The notes under the pieces are model-generated. The model was not told the origin of the DNA and did no database searches. It saw nothing but the letters and a program-made list of their open reading frames with translations. A stretch of DNA of 64,000 nt from a bacterium (lineage in GTDB: Bacteria > UBA8248 > JACPRG01 > G963555815). Both the position numbers and the translations under genes were made by a program. The DNA lies in the NCBI GenBank assembly GCA_965218795.1, contig OZ244653.1:1536001-1600000 (forward strand). The letters are read 5' to 3'. Below, one piece after another: positions 30,570 through 41,242 of this stretch (the stretch's first letter is position 1; each line of letters opens with the position of its first letter).

Positions 30570-30764
30570 TCTGTTCCGTCAAGTATATAACCGCGAAAAA
30601 ATCAGAGGGCCAGTTTCGGCCCTGTTCATGGGCCCTGGCGTGCCGGCCATTTTGCGGATACAATTTTGTGACAGATTCCAGTCTTAGAGGCGGCCCCGCG
30701 GGCAAACCCCAAAGACCGCTGTCCGCGAGGCCGGTCAAACAATAAACAATAAAGGAGACGTCCC

Positions 30765-31568
30765 ATGATTCGCAGGGAATGGAATGGTGACTTTGTCGTC
30801 ATCACCCAGCCCGAGCACGCTCGGCTTTCGGGGGTCCTCGCGGAACCCTGGGGCGCCGGCGAGTTCGTCCGTCCCGAACCCTGGGATGAAGTTCTCCTCG
30901 CGACGTACGAGCACGACGGCGGCTGGGTGGAATGGGAGGAACGGCCTACCCTGGACGCCGACCATCTCCTGACCAACTTCAACGGAACGACCCCCGAAGT
31001 CACCATCGACAACTTCCGGCGCGGTGTGCAGAAGGTCTACGACAAGGGACGCCCCTATGCGGCCGCTCTGGTCAGCCGCCACGCGGCCAACGTCTATGAG
31101 CTCATCCTCCGGATCCGCGCCTTGGAACCGAAAGACGCGCCCAAGTACGAGGCCTACATCGAAGAGCTGGAAGCCGGTCAGGCGGAGATCTTCCGCGAAC
31201 TGGCCGACCAGCCGAAATTCGAGCAAGCGGTGGCAAAGGAGAATTTCCACCGCAACGGCCGATTCCTGACGGTGCTGGATTTGCTCGCCCTCATCCTGTG
31301 CAACGGGTGGACGCACCTCGACCACATGGCGGAGGTTCCCATCGGAATCGATACGTTTGGCGAGGTGGGCGTGAAATGGTCGGACCCGGGCGGTCCGAAG
31401 GGATTATGTCTCGAGGTGACGCCCTGGCCCTATCCCCTTGATTCTCTGGAAACCTCCGTCGCGGGCTGCCGCATTCCGGGGCATCCATTCGATTCGGAAG
31501 AGGATCTCCACGCCGCGCTGCGGGAGGCCCCGCCGGTCGAGATAAACTTCCGCCTGATCCCCGGCTGA
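30765..31568 (+). CDS. DUF3891 family protein
   Basis: MIRRE...VITQPEHARLSG...W, EHDGGW..WE, PYAAALVSRH, LDLLALILC; AAGGAG RBS. Confidence 0.82.
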   Translation: MIRREWNGDFVVITQPEHARLSGVLAEPWGAGEFVRPEPWDEVLLATYEHDGGWVEWEERPTLDADHLLTNFNGTTPEVTIDNFRRGVQKVYDKGRPYAAALVSRHAANVYELILRIRALEPKDAPKYEAYIEELEAGQAEIFRELADQPKFEQAVAKENFHRNGRFLTVLDLLALILCNGWTHLDHMAEVPIGIDTFGEVGVKWSDPGGPKGLCLEVTPWPYPLDSLETSVAGCRIPGHPFDSEEDLHAALREAPPVEINFRLIPG

Positions 31569-31715
31569 GCTCGACTGCCTGATTTGCCTTTGGCCGTTCG
31601 ACTTGAAAGCCCGTTGGCCGACCGGGATTATCTGGATGGCGGCCGATCGACGGCTGAAGGGAAAAACCGCGCCCTCCGCCCGGGGGGGGCTTCACCTTGT
31701 GAGGATCGCGGCAAA

Positions 31716-33077
31716 ATGAACGACCTTGCGGCCAAAGGCCGAAAGCGGGCCATTGTCATAGGCGGCAGCTTTGCGGGATTGATGGCGGCCCGGGTCCTGA
31801 GCGATCACTTCGCGCAGGTCACGATCCTTGAACGCGACAAAACCCATGACCGGCCGGAAGCGCGCAAGGGGCAACCCCAGGTTCGTCACGTGCACGGCCT
31901 GCTGCCCAACGGACTTCGCCTGCTGACCCGGTACTTCCCCGATTTGCCCGACGGCATGCGCGGGGGCGGCTCCAAAATCACCGATATGGGAGCCGCAATC
32001 CGCGGGTATATCGCCGGCGGCTACCGGCGGCAATTCGAGAGCGGGCTGACCATCGCCTTCCAGAGCCGCCCCTTTCTCGAATGGCAGGTTCGGCGCCGGG
32101 TGGCCGCCCTCCCCAACGTCACCGTCCTGGACCAAACCACGGTCACGTCATTGATCGCGAACGGCGATGGCCGCCTCGTCACGGGGGTGCGCGCAATCTC
32201 CAAGACGGAGGACGGCCGCGAGGCGGAGATGAACGCCGACTTGGTGACAGACACCACCGGACGGGGGTCCGTCTCGCCCAAATGGCTGGAAACGCTGGGT
32301 TACGCCACACCGGAGGAAAACGCCGTCCGAATCGGCCTGGCTTATACGACCCGGGTCTACCGCCGGCGGCCGGGGGACCTCTCCGGCGCGGAGATGGTGC
32401 TGATTTCGCCCGCGCCGCCGCACAACAAGCGCCTGGGCCTCTTCGTCCCCATGGAGGATGACCGCTGGAATATATCGCTTGCCGGGTGGGCAGGCGACCA
32501 CGCGCCCTCGGACGAAGCGGGTTTCCTCGAATACGCGCGCAGCCTGGCCGCCCCGGACATCTTCAACGTGATCCCCCGTCTCGAGCCGCTGACCGACTTC
32601 ATCACCCATAAGTTTCCGTCCAACCTGCGCTACCACTATGAAAGGCTGACCCGTTTTCCCGAGGGCTTTCTCGTTCTGGGGGACGCGCTCTGTTGTCTCA
32701 ATCCGGTGTACGGACAGGGTATGACCTCAGCGGCTATGCAGGCGGCGGCGCTCGACGAATCCCTGAGCTGTTGCGGGTCGTTGGACGGATTGTGGCGGAC
32801 CTATTTCCGGCGGGCGGCCAAAGCAGTTGACATCCCTTGGCGAGCGGCGGTGGGCAACGATTTTCTTTTCTCGGAGACCGAGGGCGAAAAACCTCCCGGC
32901 ACCGACCCACGAAACGCCTACCTCGCCCGGGTCCAGCGGGCGACGCACCATGACACCGAAGTGTACGGCGCGGCATTGGAAGTCTACAGTCTCATGGCCC
33001 CGGTCACGAGACTCTTCCAACTGCCTGTCCTATGCCGGGTGCTTGGGAGCCCATCGGAGGCTGGTCATGAATCCTGA
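31716..33077 (+). CDS. FAD-dependent monooxygenase/oxidoreductase
   Basis: AIVIGGSFAGLMAARVL, RKGQPQVRHVH, DTTGRGS, LGDALCCLNPVYGQGMT. Confidence 0.88.
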   Translation: MNDLAAKGRKRAIVIGGSFAGLMAARVLSDHFAQVTILERDKTHDRPEARKGQPQVRHVHGLLPNGLRLLTRYFPDLPDGMRGGGSKITDMGAAIRGYIAGGYRRQFESGLTIAFQSRPFLEWQVRRRVAALPNVTVLDQTTVTSLIANGDGRLVTGVRAISKTEDGREAEMNADLVTDTTGRGSVSPKWLETLGYATPEENAVRIGLAYTTRVYRRRPGDLSGAEMVLISPAPPHNKRLGLFVPMEDDRWNISLAGWAGDHAPSDEAGFLEYARSLAAPDIFNVIPRLEPLTDFITHKFPSNLRYHYERLTRFPEGFLVLGDALCCLNPVYGQGMTSAAMQAAALDESLSCCGSLDGLWRTYFRRAAKAVDIPWRAAVGNDFLFSETEGEKPPGTDPRNAYLARVQRATHHDTEVYGAALEVYSLMAPVTRLFQLPVLCRVLGSPSEAGHES

Positions 33078-33131
33078 CCACAACCTCCAGCCGGCCGGCC
33101 TTCACCGAGTCGAACGAGAGCATTCCGGCCT

Positions 33132-34133
33132 TTAATCGATCAGCTTCTTCGCCAGGTTCGGCACCTTGAGCTTGCCGCTCTTGATCTCCGCCTCAATGGC
33201 CCGGACCTTTTTGGCGACGTTCGAAGGCACTTTACCGTTGAAACGCGCCAGCGAAGCGCCGCCTTCCGGCACTCCAACCAGGTAGACCTTCTTGGCCTTG
33301 CCCTTCCGCAGGTCAAGCACGATCTTCTTCATAGCGGCGTGCCAAAGGTAGAGCGAACTGCTGATCACGGTGTCGGGCGCCATCCGGTTCAGGTCCATGA
33401 ACGTCCCGATGGCGAACTTGCCCTTTTCCTCCGCGGCCCGGATTCCACCGAAACCCATAGGCGTCGCGGTCACCTGGACGACGTCCACTCCCTGGTCGAT
33501 CATGGCGATTGTCGCTTCCTTCGCCTTGGAGGCGTCCATCCAGTCGTTGACGAAAATCGCTGACACCATGACGCAGGGGTTCACGCTCCGGGCGCCCAGC
33601 TTGTAGCCGTTGAACGTTTTGATCTGCGACGGGATGGGGAATCCGCCGATGATGCCGATCTTCCCGGACTTGCTCATGAGGGTGGCCAGGACGCCGCCCA
33701 GGTAGCCCGTCTCGTGCCCCTCGACGAGATAGGTCACTACGTTGGGCCGGCTCTGGGTCTTGAAGAAGCCCGCAATCGCGAAGGTGATATCGGGGAAATC
33801 CTTGGCGACCTTCAGAGCCGGCTCCCCCCACTCATAACCGTGTCCGAAGATGAGGTTATACCCGGCATTGGCCCAGTGACGGAGCGCGCGCTCGAGATCG
33901 GCCATCTTGACGCGCTCCTGGGTCGTGACCTCGGCTACACCCGGGTCTTGCTTGAGCTTCAACGCCCCACGGTACCCTCCTTCGTACCAGCCCATGTCGT
34001 TCTGCGGGCCGTTGTTGCCGAGGGCGACGCGGATCTTCTTGGCCGCCGCCGCGGGACCGGCCATGAAACCCGCCACAACCGCTACTGTCAGAAAGATTCT
34101 TGAAATCGATCGCCAAATGCGCATGGTGTTCAT
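33132..34133 (-). CDS. BMP-family ABC transporter substrate-binding protein (orphan)
   Basis: NDMGWYEGGY, IFGHGYEW, GYLGGVLATLMSKSGKIGIIGG, KAKEATIAMIDQGVDVV. Confidence 0.88.
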   Translation of the reverse strand: MNTMRIWRSISRIFLTVAVVAGFMAGPAAAAKKIRVALGNNGPQNDMGWYEGGYRGALKLKQDPGVAEVTTQERVKMADLERALRHWANAGYNLIFGHGYEWGEPALKVAKDFPDITFAIAGFFKTQSRPNVVTYLVEGHETGYLGGVLATLMSKSGKIGIIGGFPIPSQIKTFNGYKLGARSVNPCVMVSAIFVNDWMDASKAKEATIAMIDQGVDVVQVTATPMGFGGIRAAEEKGKFAIGTFMDLNRMAPDTVISSSLYLWHAAMKKIVLDLRKGKAKKVYLVGVPEGGASLARFNGKVPSNVAKKVRAIEAEIKSGKLKVPNLAKKLID

Positions 34134-34589
34134 GATTGCCTCCTTTTCCGGGCACTTGAACCTTTCAGGTCTACAAGTCTGACGTTTTGCAAGACGCCTG
34201 GTCTTCCCGGCGGGTGGATCATTCTTCACCCCTGCATACGCGATGCAAAGGGTCGCCGGAAATCAGTCCTGCCGGGTCTGCCCCGCCCCGGCTCATGCAG
34301 TTCAGATTCCACATCAGCCAGAAACCCGAACCAAGTCATTCAACCACGAACCTCCAAACCTTGATGAGGTCCCTGGTGTTCTCATAGGGGAACAGGACTT
34401 GGAAATTCGATTTATACGCTGTTCCGCAACGCTAACAAGTCGCCAAATAACTGTCAACAGAGATTGTGGGGGCAAAGCGACGCGGTTGGTTTCGTGATGT
34501 GGAGAAGCGGGGGGAATGAAGGGGGAGAGGAGGCGTCACGGGAATTCGACCGCTCCTTCCGGCCCGTCCCTGTTGAGAGCTTCCCGGAG

Positions 34590-35180
34590 TTACAAGCCGG
34601 TTCGAAAGTACGTCATGATGACGATGATGCCAATCTGCATCACGCCCTGGGAAGCGACCACCCGTACATACGTCCGCATCCAGCGGCCGATCTTCGTCAT
34701 ATCGGGATCTGGCTTTCGCATCTCGAAGAGAACCAGGAGGTTCAGCGGCATCAGAAGCCCGAATCCCTGAATCTTGAGCACAACGACGACAGCCAGGGCC
34801 GCAATGACCCACCCGAATTGGGGGTACGGGAGGGAGAAGTATCCCATCCGGCTCGCCATGAACCAACCTGATGTGGTCGCCACGATGGCCAGGGTCGGCA
34901 TCAAAAAGAGCATGGGCGGCATCAGGCGGGTGATGAAACCCTTCCGGGCCTTCAGGTCCATTTGCCTCAGAATGGGTCCGATAATGAATCCCATGAAGAG
35001 ATCGATACCCGTCCAGAGGAGACCCGAGAACACGTGGACGAAGTTGAGGAGCGAGATGCGGGGGAACTCGATGGCGACAACCATGAAGCCTATCGCTCCC
35101 AATGACCACCAGAGATAGCGAAACTGGACAATAGGAAGCGCTTCGGCGGACAGGTCAAATGCGTTCGTTTGGTTGCTCAC
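34590..35180 (-). CDS. conserved hypothetical integral membrane protein
   Basis: LNFVHVFSGLLWTGIDLFMGFIIGP, 5-6 TM segments; start uncertain. Confidence 0.75.
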   Translation of the reverse strand: MSNQTNAFDLSAEALPIVQFRYLWWSLGAIGFMVVAIEFPRISLLNFVHVFSGLLWTGIDLFMGFIIGPILRQMDLKARKGFITRLMPPMLFLMPTLAIVATTSGWFMASRMGYFSLPYPQFGWVIAALAVVVVLKIQGFGLLMPLNLLVLFEMRKPDPDMTKIGRWMRTYVRVVASQGVMQIGIIVIMTYFRTGL

Positions 35181-35337
35181 CGGAATCTTCTTCCTTCCAA
35201 TATCGAGCCGACCCAGAGGGTCATCATACCAGACCCAGGGAAGGATTGAAGCGGATTGTCGGGCTGATTCGGATGCCCGCAGGACCTCCATCGGTTCAGT
35301 CGGGTGCTAGACTGGGCAGGAAGAGTCATCAGGAAAG

Positions 35338-36264
35338 GTGACCGGGTCAAACGGTCCTGTGAAGATCAAAAGTCAATCTCTCGAGGAGGTCGTCGTGGAA
35401 GAGGTCGCGAAGGGGGTATTCGCCGAGACGGGCTATTTCGGGTGCAACCCGGGCATCATTGTGACCCCGGACGGAGTGGTCATGGTGGATACGCCGCAAA
35501 AGCCGACCGACTGGCCGGGTTGGAAGGAGGCGATTGAAGCGCGCGGTCGGGTCAGATGGCTCATCAACACCGAATGTCACTGGGACCACACGATGGGCAA
35601 CCCGCATTACGACGGCATCATCGTCGCGCATGACGCCACCTACCGGGATTTCTTCAACGTTTCCTCCATGTGGGGGTTCGGCATCGACGGCGTCCAGCCC
35701 TGGATCGATCAAACCGACCCTGAGGGCGTATCCATCGCGGGCGACTACAAGCCCCGCGAGCCCGAGGTCACCTTCTCCCGCGACATGACCCTCCACGTTG
35801 GCGGGCTGGAGATCCGGCTCCTCCACACGCCCGGACACACCGAGGGGCAGGCAGTGGTCTACGTCCCCGAACGGGGCGTCCTGTTTGCGACCGACAACCT
35901 GTTCGTCGAGTTCCTCCCCTGGTTCCACGACTCCGATCCCTTCGATTGGCTCACGTCCCTGGGCCGTCTCAAGACCCTGGACCTCGACCGGATCGTTCCC
36001 GGCCACGGCCCGGTCTGCGGGAAAGAAGCCATCGATCACATGGAGGAGAAGATCCACGGGGTGCTCGGCCGCGTGCGCCATGCGATCGCTCACGGCCTGA
36101 CGGAAGAAGAGGCCGCCGCAACCGTGAAGTTTTTGGACCTCTGCGTCCAAGACAAGAATTACAAGGACATACGGAACGATATCGAAGCCGCGAGCGTCCG
36201 GCGCATCTACCGGATTCTGAAAGAAAAAGAATCAGAGGCCCCTCCCCCCAGGGCGCAAGGATAA
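35338..36264 (+). CDS. MBL-fold metallo-hydrolase (cyclase-like subgroup)
   Basis: VMVDTP, NTECHWDHTMGN, TPGHT, ATD, VPGHG. Confidence 0.88.
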   Translation: MTGSNGPVKIKSQSLEEVVVEEVAKGVFAETGYFGCNPGIIVTPDGVVMVDTPQKPTDWPGWKEAIEARGRVRWLINTECHWDHTMGNPHYDGIIVAHDATYRDFFNVSSMWGFGIDGVQPWIDQTDPEGVSIAGDYKPREPEVTFSRDMTLHVGGLEIRLLHTPGHTEGQAVVYVPERGVLFATDNLFVEFLPWFHDSDPFDWLTSLGRLKTLDLDRIVPGHGPVCGKEAIDHMEEKIHGVLGRVRHAIAHGLTEEEAAATVKFLDLCVQDKNYKDIRNDIEAASVRRIYRILKEKESEAPPPRAQG

Positions 36265-36269
36265 ATGGC

Positions 36270-37670
36270 ATGACTCCCGTCCAACCCATCACCCAAGACT
36301 TACGGGGATTCGTTGAATTCCTCGAAGAGCGGCACCCGGAGGAGGTCGTCCGGATTCGGAAAGAGGTCGATCCGGTCTTCGGCGTCAGCCGCATTCTCGA
36401 CCGACTGGAAAAGGACGGCGAGTTCCCGCTCGTGATCTTCGAGAAGCTGAAAGGCTCATCCATGCCGCTGATCGCGAACATGCACGCCAGCGTCAGCCGG
36501 CTTCAGCTTGCCCTGGGCCTGAAAAAGGGCCCGGTCAAGGAATTCCTCGATGAGTTTCACCGGCGGGAATCCAATCCCATCCCTCCCGAAATGGTCGAAA
36601 CGGGACCGGTCAAGGAGGTCGTCAAGACCGGCGGCGAGGTGGATCTCGCCGAGATACCGGCCTGCATGTATCACGAGAAGGATGCCGGGAAGTACATTAC
36701 GGCCGGGCTGTGCCTGACGCGCGATCCCGATTCAGGCGTGAACAACATCGGGGTCTACCGCCTGATGGTCAAAGACCGAAACCGGCTCGGCATCCAGATA
36801 TCCGAGACCGCCCACGGCCATTACATCTGGAAGAAATTCGAGAACAAGGGTCTGCCCTGCCCCATGGCGATCATCGTGGGCCATCACCCCGCCTTCTACA
36901 TGGGTTCCCTGACCTACATGCCGCCCGATACGGATGAACTCGAGATTGCGGGAGGAATCCTGCAAAGGCCGGTTCAGCTCGTGAGGTGCGAAACGATTCC
37001 GCTGGAAGTGCCGGCCGACTCGGAGATCGTCCTGGAGTGCGAGATCATCCCCCACATCCGGGAAGAGGAGGCGCCCTTCGGGGAATACCCGGGCACCTAC
37101 GGCCCGATGCGGATGAACCCCGTGCTCGAGGTCAAGGCGATCACCCACCGGCGGGACCCCCTCTATCAAAACGCCTTTGTCGCGCATCCGGACAACCTGC
37201 TGGTGAACGGCGTGATCCGGGCGACGGTCATCGAGAACAATGTGAAAATCGCCTGCCCGACGGTGCGCGCGGCCCACATGCCCCGCGCGGGACGGTTCCG
37301 CTTCATGTGCTATGTGGCGATAGAGAAGATGATCGAGGGTGAGGGGAAGCAGGCGGCCATGGCGGCCTTTGTGACGGACCCCCATCTGAAGTTCGTCGTT
37401 GTGGTGGATCACGACGTGGACATCACCAACGACACCGAGGTCTTGCACGCCATCGCCACGCGGGTGCGGGGCGATACCGATATCTTCATCGTTCCCTACG
37501 CCAAGGGGTCGCCGCTGGACCCGGCGTCCATCGATCCGGTGGGCGGCTCGCACCTGGTGACGAAGGTCGGCATCGACGCCACCCGGAAATCCAACTACCC
37601 GGAGGAGATCTCCGTCCCCGGCTCAGACAGTATCAACCTGAAGGAATTCATCGAGGGCTATGAGGCGTAG
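36270..37670 (+). CDS. ubiD: UbiD-family (prFMN-dependent) decarboxylase
   Basis: DLRGFVEFLE, HEKDAGKYIT, NIGVYRL, EEAPFGEYPG, VVVDHDVDI, KVGIDAT. Confidence 0.92.
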   Translation: MTPVQPITQDLRGFVEFLEERHPEEVVRIRKEVDPVFGVSRILDRLEKDGEFPLVIFEKLKGSSMPLIANMHASVSRLQLALGLKKGPVKEFLDEFHRRESNPIPPEMVETGPVKEVVKTGGEVDLAEIPACMYHEKDAGKYITAGLCLTRDPDSGVNNIGVYRLMVKDRNRLGIQISETAHGHYIWKKFENKGLPCPMAIIVGHHPAFYMGSLTYMPPDTDELEIAGGILQRPVQLVRCETIPLEVPADSEIVLECEIIPHIREEEAPFGEYPGTYGPMRMNPVLEVKAITHRRDPLYQNAFVAHPDNLLVNGVIRATVIENNVKIACPTVRAAHMPRAGRFRFMCYVAIEKMIEGEGKQAAMAAFVTDPHLKFVVVVDHDVDITNDTEVLHAIATRVRGDTDIFIVPYAKGSPLDPASIDPVGGSHLVTKVGIDATRKSNYPEEISVPGSDSINLKEFIEGYEA

Positions 37671-38018
37671 GTGGAATTGACGATCCTCCACCATGGGGAA
37701 AGCATGGAAAATCAAGCCAAAGCCCGGCAGAGAATTTTGCGGCTGAATCGTCTTCGAACGTTGACCGACGTTGTCCACGGGATCGTCTTATGGCGCCTGT
37801 TCGTGCTGATCCCGAAGCCCGGGGATGTGGATTTCGCATAGGATTCGATTTCTTCCAGACTGAACGCTCCGGTCGTGGCGATCGCGGGCGTCCTCGACAC
37901 GATCATTTCAACCCTCTCATTCAGTCACGGAACCGGGAAACATGAATCACTCCGGCCGGACCGGCGCCCGCCCCCGTTCCGAGGCAGGCTTCGGGATGAC
38001 AGGCCACCCGAATCCCTT

Positions 38019-39125
38019 TCAGGTTCTCACCCCGGATATCGGCCCCGTCCTACGCCCCTTGATCACGACCTTCAGCGCCTTCTTGCCCATCATGCTGCGG
38101 AGGGCTTCCTCGACCTCGTCGATGGGCCGCTCACCGAAGAGCAGCAGTTCGGCGGCGAATGCCGGATCGGACAGCATCTCCAGGGCCCGGCGCACCGTGG
38201 CCGGGCGGTGATGGTAAACGCCCTTCACCGTGATCTCACTGTAATGCACCCAGCCGGGGTCGAGGTTCACCGTGGAATCGGCCGGGAGGCCGCCGAACAG
38301 GCAGACGAGCCCGCCGGGCTTCACGGATACAATCGCATCCTCCCACACGGCCGGCGCACCCGTGCACTCGATCGCAACGTCGGCGCCCTGACCGCCGCCC
38401 GTTCGGGCCTTGACCGTCTCCGCCCAGTCGTCGCCGCGCTCGATCTCGACGGTCTCATCCGCCCCGAGCTTCCGTCCCACTTCAAGCCTCGGACGGTTGA
38501 GGTCGGTCAATACCACCCGGTGGCCCGCCCGCTTGAGCGCGGCCGTATGGAGGAGACCGATCGGGCCCGCTCCGCAGACGACGACCTCGGCGGCCTCCGC
38601 GCCGTCGCGGGCATCGAGGCCGCACGCCTCCAGGCCGTGGAGCACGCAGGCGAGCGGTTCGGCGAGCGCCGCCTTCTCGAAGCCGAGTCCGGCCGGGATG
38701 CGGTGGACGCTGGTGCGAACGAAGCGCTCGGGAACGAGGAGGTATTCGGCGAACGCGCCGTTGAGGTATTGCAGGTCCGAACAAAGATTCTCGCGGTTCG
38801 CGCGGCAGTACGCGCATTCCCGGCACGGCGCGGAGTTCGCGACCGCCACCGCATCGCCGGCCTTGAAACCGTCCACGCCCGCGCCCACCGCGGCAATCGT
38901 TCCCGCCATCTCATGGCCGAACAGCGTGGGCACTTTCAGCATCCGGCGGTGGCCGCCCGCGCGGTACACCTTGACGTCCGTGCCGCAGGTCGTGGCCGCC
39001 TCGATGCGCAGGAGGAACTCTCCCTGGCCGGGCGGCTCCACCGGGACGTCGCGAATCTCGATTCGTTCGGGTCCGAGGAGCATGGCCGCGCGCATGGAAT
39101 TTGGGATTTCGGCGGAAGCGCGCAT
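38019..39125 (-). CDS. Zn-dependent medium-chain alcohol dehydrogenase
   Basis: TCGTD, GHEMAG, CRECAYC..C, EPLAC, GAGPIG. Confidence 0.9.
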   Translation of the reverse strand: MRASAEIPNSMRAAMLLGPERIEIRDVPVEPPGQGEFLLRIEAATTCGTDVKVYRAGGHRRMLKVPTLFGHEMAGTIAAVGAGVDGFKAGDAVAVANSAPCRECAYCRANRENLCSDLQYLNGAFAEYLLVPERFVRTSVHRIPAGLGFEKAALAEPLACVLHGLEACGLDARDGAEAAEVVVCGAGPIGLLHTAALKRAGHRVVLTDLNRPRLEVGRKLGADETVEIERGDDWAETVKARTGGGQGADVAIECTGAPAVWEDAIVSVKPGGLVCLFGGLPADSTVNLDPGWVHYSEITVKGVYHHRPATVRRALEMLSDPAFAAELLLFGERPIDEVEEALRSMMGKKALKVVIKGRRTGPISGVRT

Positions 39126-40213
39126 CAGTCGGCCCCGGCGCCGGGCAAGGGTGAGAAGAGCACTTTGAGCGCCTGCCTCGTTTTCGCGAGCTCCACGCCG
39201 CGCTCGAATTCGTCCAGGGGCAGACGGTGGGTGACGAGCGGAGCGGGATCGAGCTTCCCTTCGGTCAAGAGCCGGAAAATCTCCGCCTGCTCGGCGATGC
39301 CGCCGGAGTAGGTGCCGATCACCCGGCGCTCGCGCTTGAACAACTCGTTGATCTCGAAATCGGCCAGCCCGCCGCCCGAGGCGCTTCCCGCGTCCGGGGC
39401 GTGGGCGAACAGGACGACCGCCCCCCCTGCCCGCGTGAGGTCGAGTCCGTCGCTGAGCGGCTTGGCCCCGCCCACGGTATCGAAAACCGTCTCCGCGCCC
39501 AGGCCGCCGGTCGCGGTCTTGATTGCGCCGGCCGCTTCATCGGGTGCGACCGCTTGATCGGCCCCCAAACGCAAGGCTTGCCCGCGCCGCTCTTCGACCG
39601 GGTCGGACACGACCACGCAGAGGTCCGGCCACAGGGCCTTCAGGACCAGCAGGTGGAGCAGGCCCATGCTGCCCGCCCCGAGGATGAGCGTGGCGCCGAC
39701 GCCGCCGGGGGCCGCCTTGCGAATCCCGCGCAGCACGCAGGCCGCGGGCTCCATGAATACGGCGGCCTCGTCGGGGAGGCCGTCGGGGAGCGCGCGCGCG
39801 GCCAGTTCCTGGGCGCGCGGGCGAACCAGGATGCGCTCGGCGAATCCGCCGGGCTCGAGGAGGCTTTCCCGAAAGACGGCGCACATGGTCTCCGCGCCGC
39901 GCCGGCAGAGTTCGCACGCGCCGCACGGCGCGTGATGGGGCACGGCCACACGGTCGCCGTCCTCGAATCGCGTGACCCCTCTCCCCCGGCCGACCACCTC
40001 GCCCACGAGCTCGTGGCCGAGCACCTGGCCGGGCGTTGCCGTACCGGTATCGAGCTTGAAGAGATCCGTGCCGCAGAGGCCCGCCACGCGCAGGCGGAGG
40101 AGGATTTCCCCGTCGCCCGGCGTCGGCACCGGCCGCTCTTCGATCACCGTCCGGCCGCCGCCCCGGCAGGCTACGACGCGGTGGGTCTGGAGGATCTTTC
40201 CGCTCATCATCAA
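39125..40213 (-). CDS. Zn-dependent medium-chain alcohol dehydrogenase
   Basis: LCGTD, GHELVG, CGACELC..C, EPAAC, GAGSMG. Confidence 0.9.
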   Translation of the reverse strand: MMMSGKILQTHRVVACRGGGRTVIEERPVPTPGDGEILLRLRVAGLCGTDLFKLDTGTATPGQVLGHELVGEVVGRGRGVTRFEDGDRVAVPHHAPCGACELCRRGAETMCAVFRESLLEPGGFAERILVRPRAQELAARALPDGLPDEAAVFMEPAACVLRGIRKAAPGGVGATLILGAGSMGLLHLLVLKALWPDLCVVVSDPVEERRGQALRLGADQAVAPDEAAGAIKTATGGLGAETVFDTVGGAKPLSDGLDLTRAGGAVVLFAHAPDAGSASGGGLADFEINELFKRERRVIGTYSGGIAEQAEIFRLLTEGKLDPAPLVTHRLPLDEFERGVELAKTRQALKVLFSPLPGAGAD

Positions 40214-40215
40214 GT

Positions 40216-40448
40216 CGGCGGCAGAGTCGTCAGGTCATTGACCTGGACCGCATTCGCGCTGCTCCGATTTCACGGCCCAACAGTCGATGACTGTCAGGTC
40301 GCATGGGAACAAGCATCTTACTATGCTCCATCTTCTGTTTTTCCGCTATTACGCCGAAGGCGATGTGATCCGGGAATTGGAAGTTTTCACCTCCGCCCGG
40401 CGGCAGAGTCGCCAGGTCATTGACCTGGACCGCATTCGCGCTGCTCCG
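40216..40448. repeat. 51-bp direct repeat (40216-40266 and 40398-40448) containing the palindrome CAGGTCATTGACCTG
   Basis: CGGCGGCAGAGTCG(T/C)CAGGTCATTGACCTGGACCGCATTCGCGCTGCTCCG, one mismatch between copies. Confidence 0.9.
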
Positions 40449-41242
40449 CAACGCCCCAACCGTCTTTCGCAGGGGCTGATCACCGTCCCGGCCCTTCTTT
40501 GTCTTCCCCCCCCTGTGAATCTGAGGATTCCATGATTTTTCTCATCGGCAGGACCGATGACAAAAATCTGAATATTTGGCTTTTCGGCCCTCGCCCAAAT
40601 AATATTTCCTTATTTTTCAACGACTATTTGGGTTTGTTTGGTCCTTTTTTAATGTTTGTCGTTGGGCTTCCGAGGAAAAGAACCATCCATTTTGCCGATG
40701 TGATGGTTCAGACATGGACACCCCCAATCTCCCCCGGCCCGGATCGTTTCATATCAATATACGGCAGGATAAGCAAAAGTAAAACGAAATACTGTTTGCC
40801 GGCTCTCCTGCGTGAGGTATCTTCCCGGATCATCTGTTATCCTGAAGCGGGAATAGGGATTTCCCGGGCAGCGAGGGTTTTGAAGTCGCCGAAATATCGA
40901 ATGGAACAGTTTCAGTTCTCCCACGGGAAACCAGGCAGTCACACGGCGTTTCGTTTCCGTAAAAAGGGAACCACCCTGCAGGGGGGATCCATCCGCCCGT
41001 CAGGAATGCGGCGGCGTGGGAGCCGATGTTGGCCGAATGAAGGGCGGCCGAGGTAAAGGTCAACATCATGGATGACAGCCGGACAGGATGGGGCCGGCGA
41101 GTCCGTGCCTCGTTTCACCAACCATGCCAATGAGGTCTGCGGCGAAGGTTTTCTCCCGCTGCAACCCAGATTCAGGTACTCTCAACCAAGCCGTACAGGA
41201 CTTGTAGAAATCCAAGAAGATCGTGCCAGAAGGGGAAAGCCA

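Noticed and set aside
37680-37910. Possible small toxin/antitoxin remnant after ubiD
   Set aside because: No frame gives a motif I can recognise.
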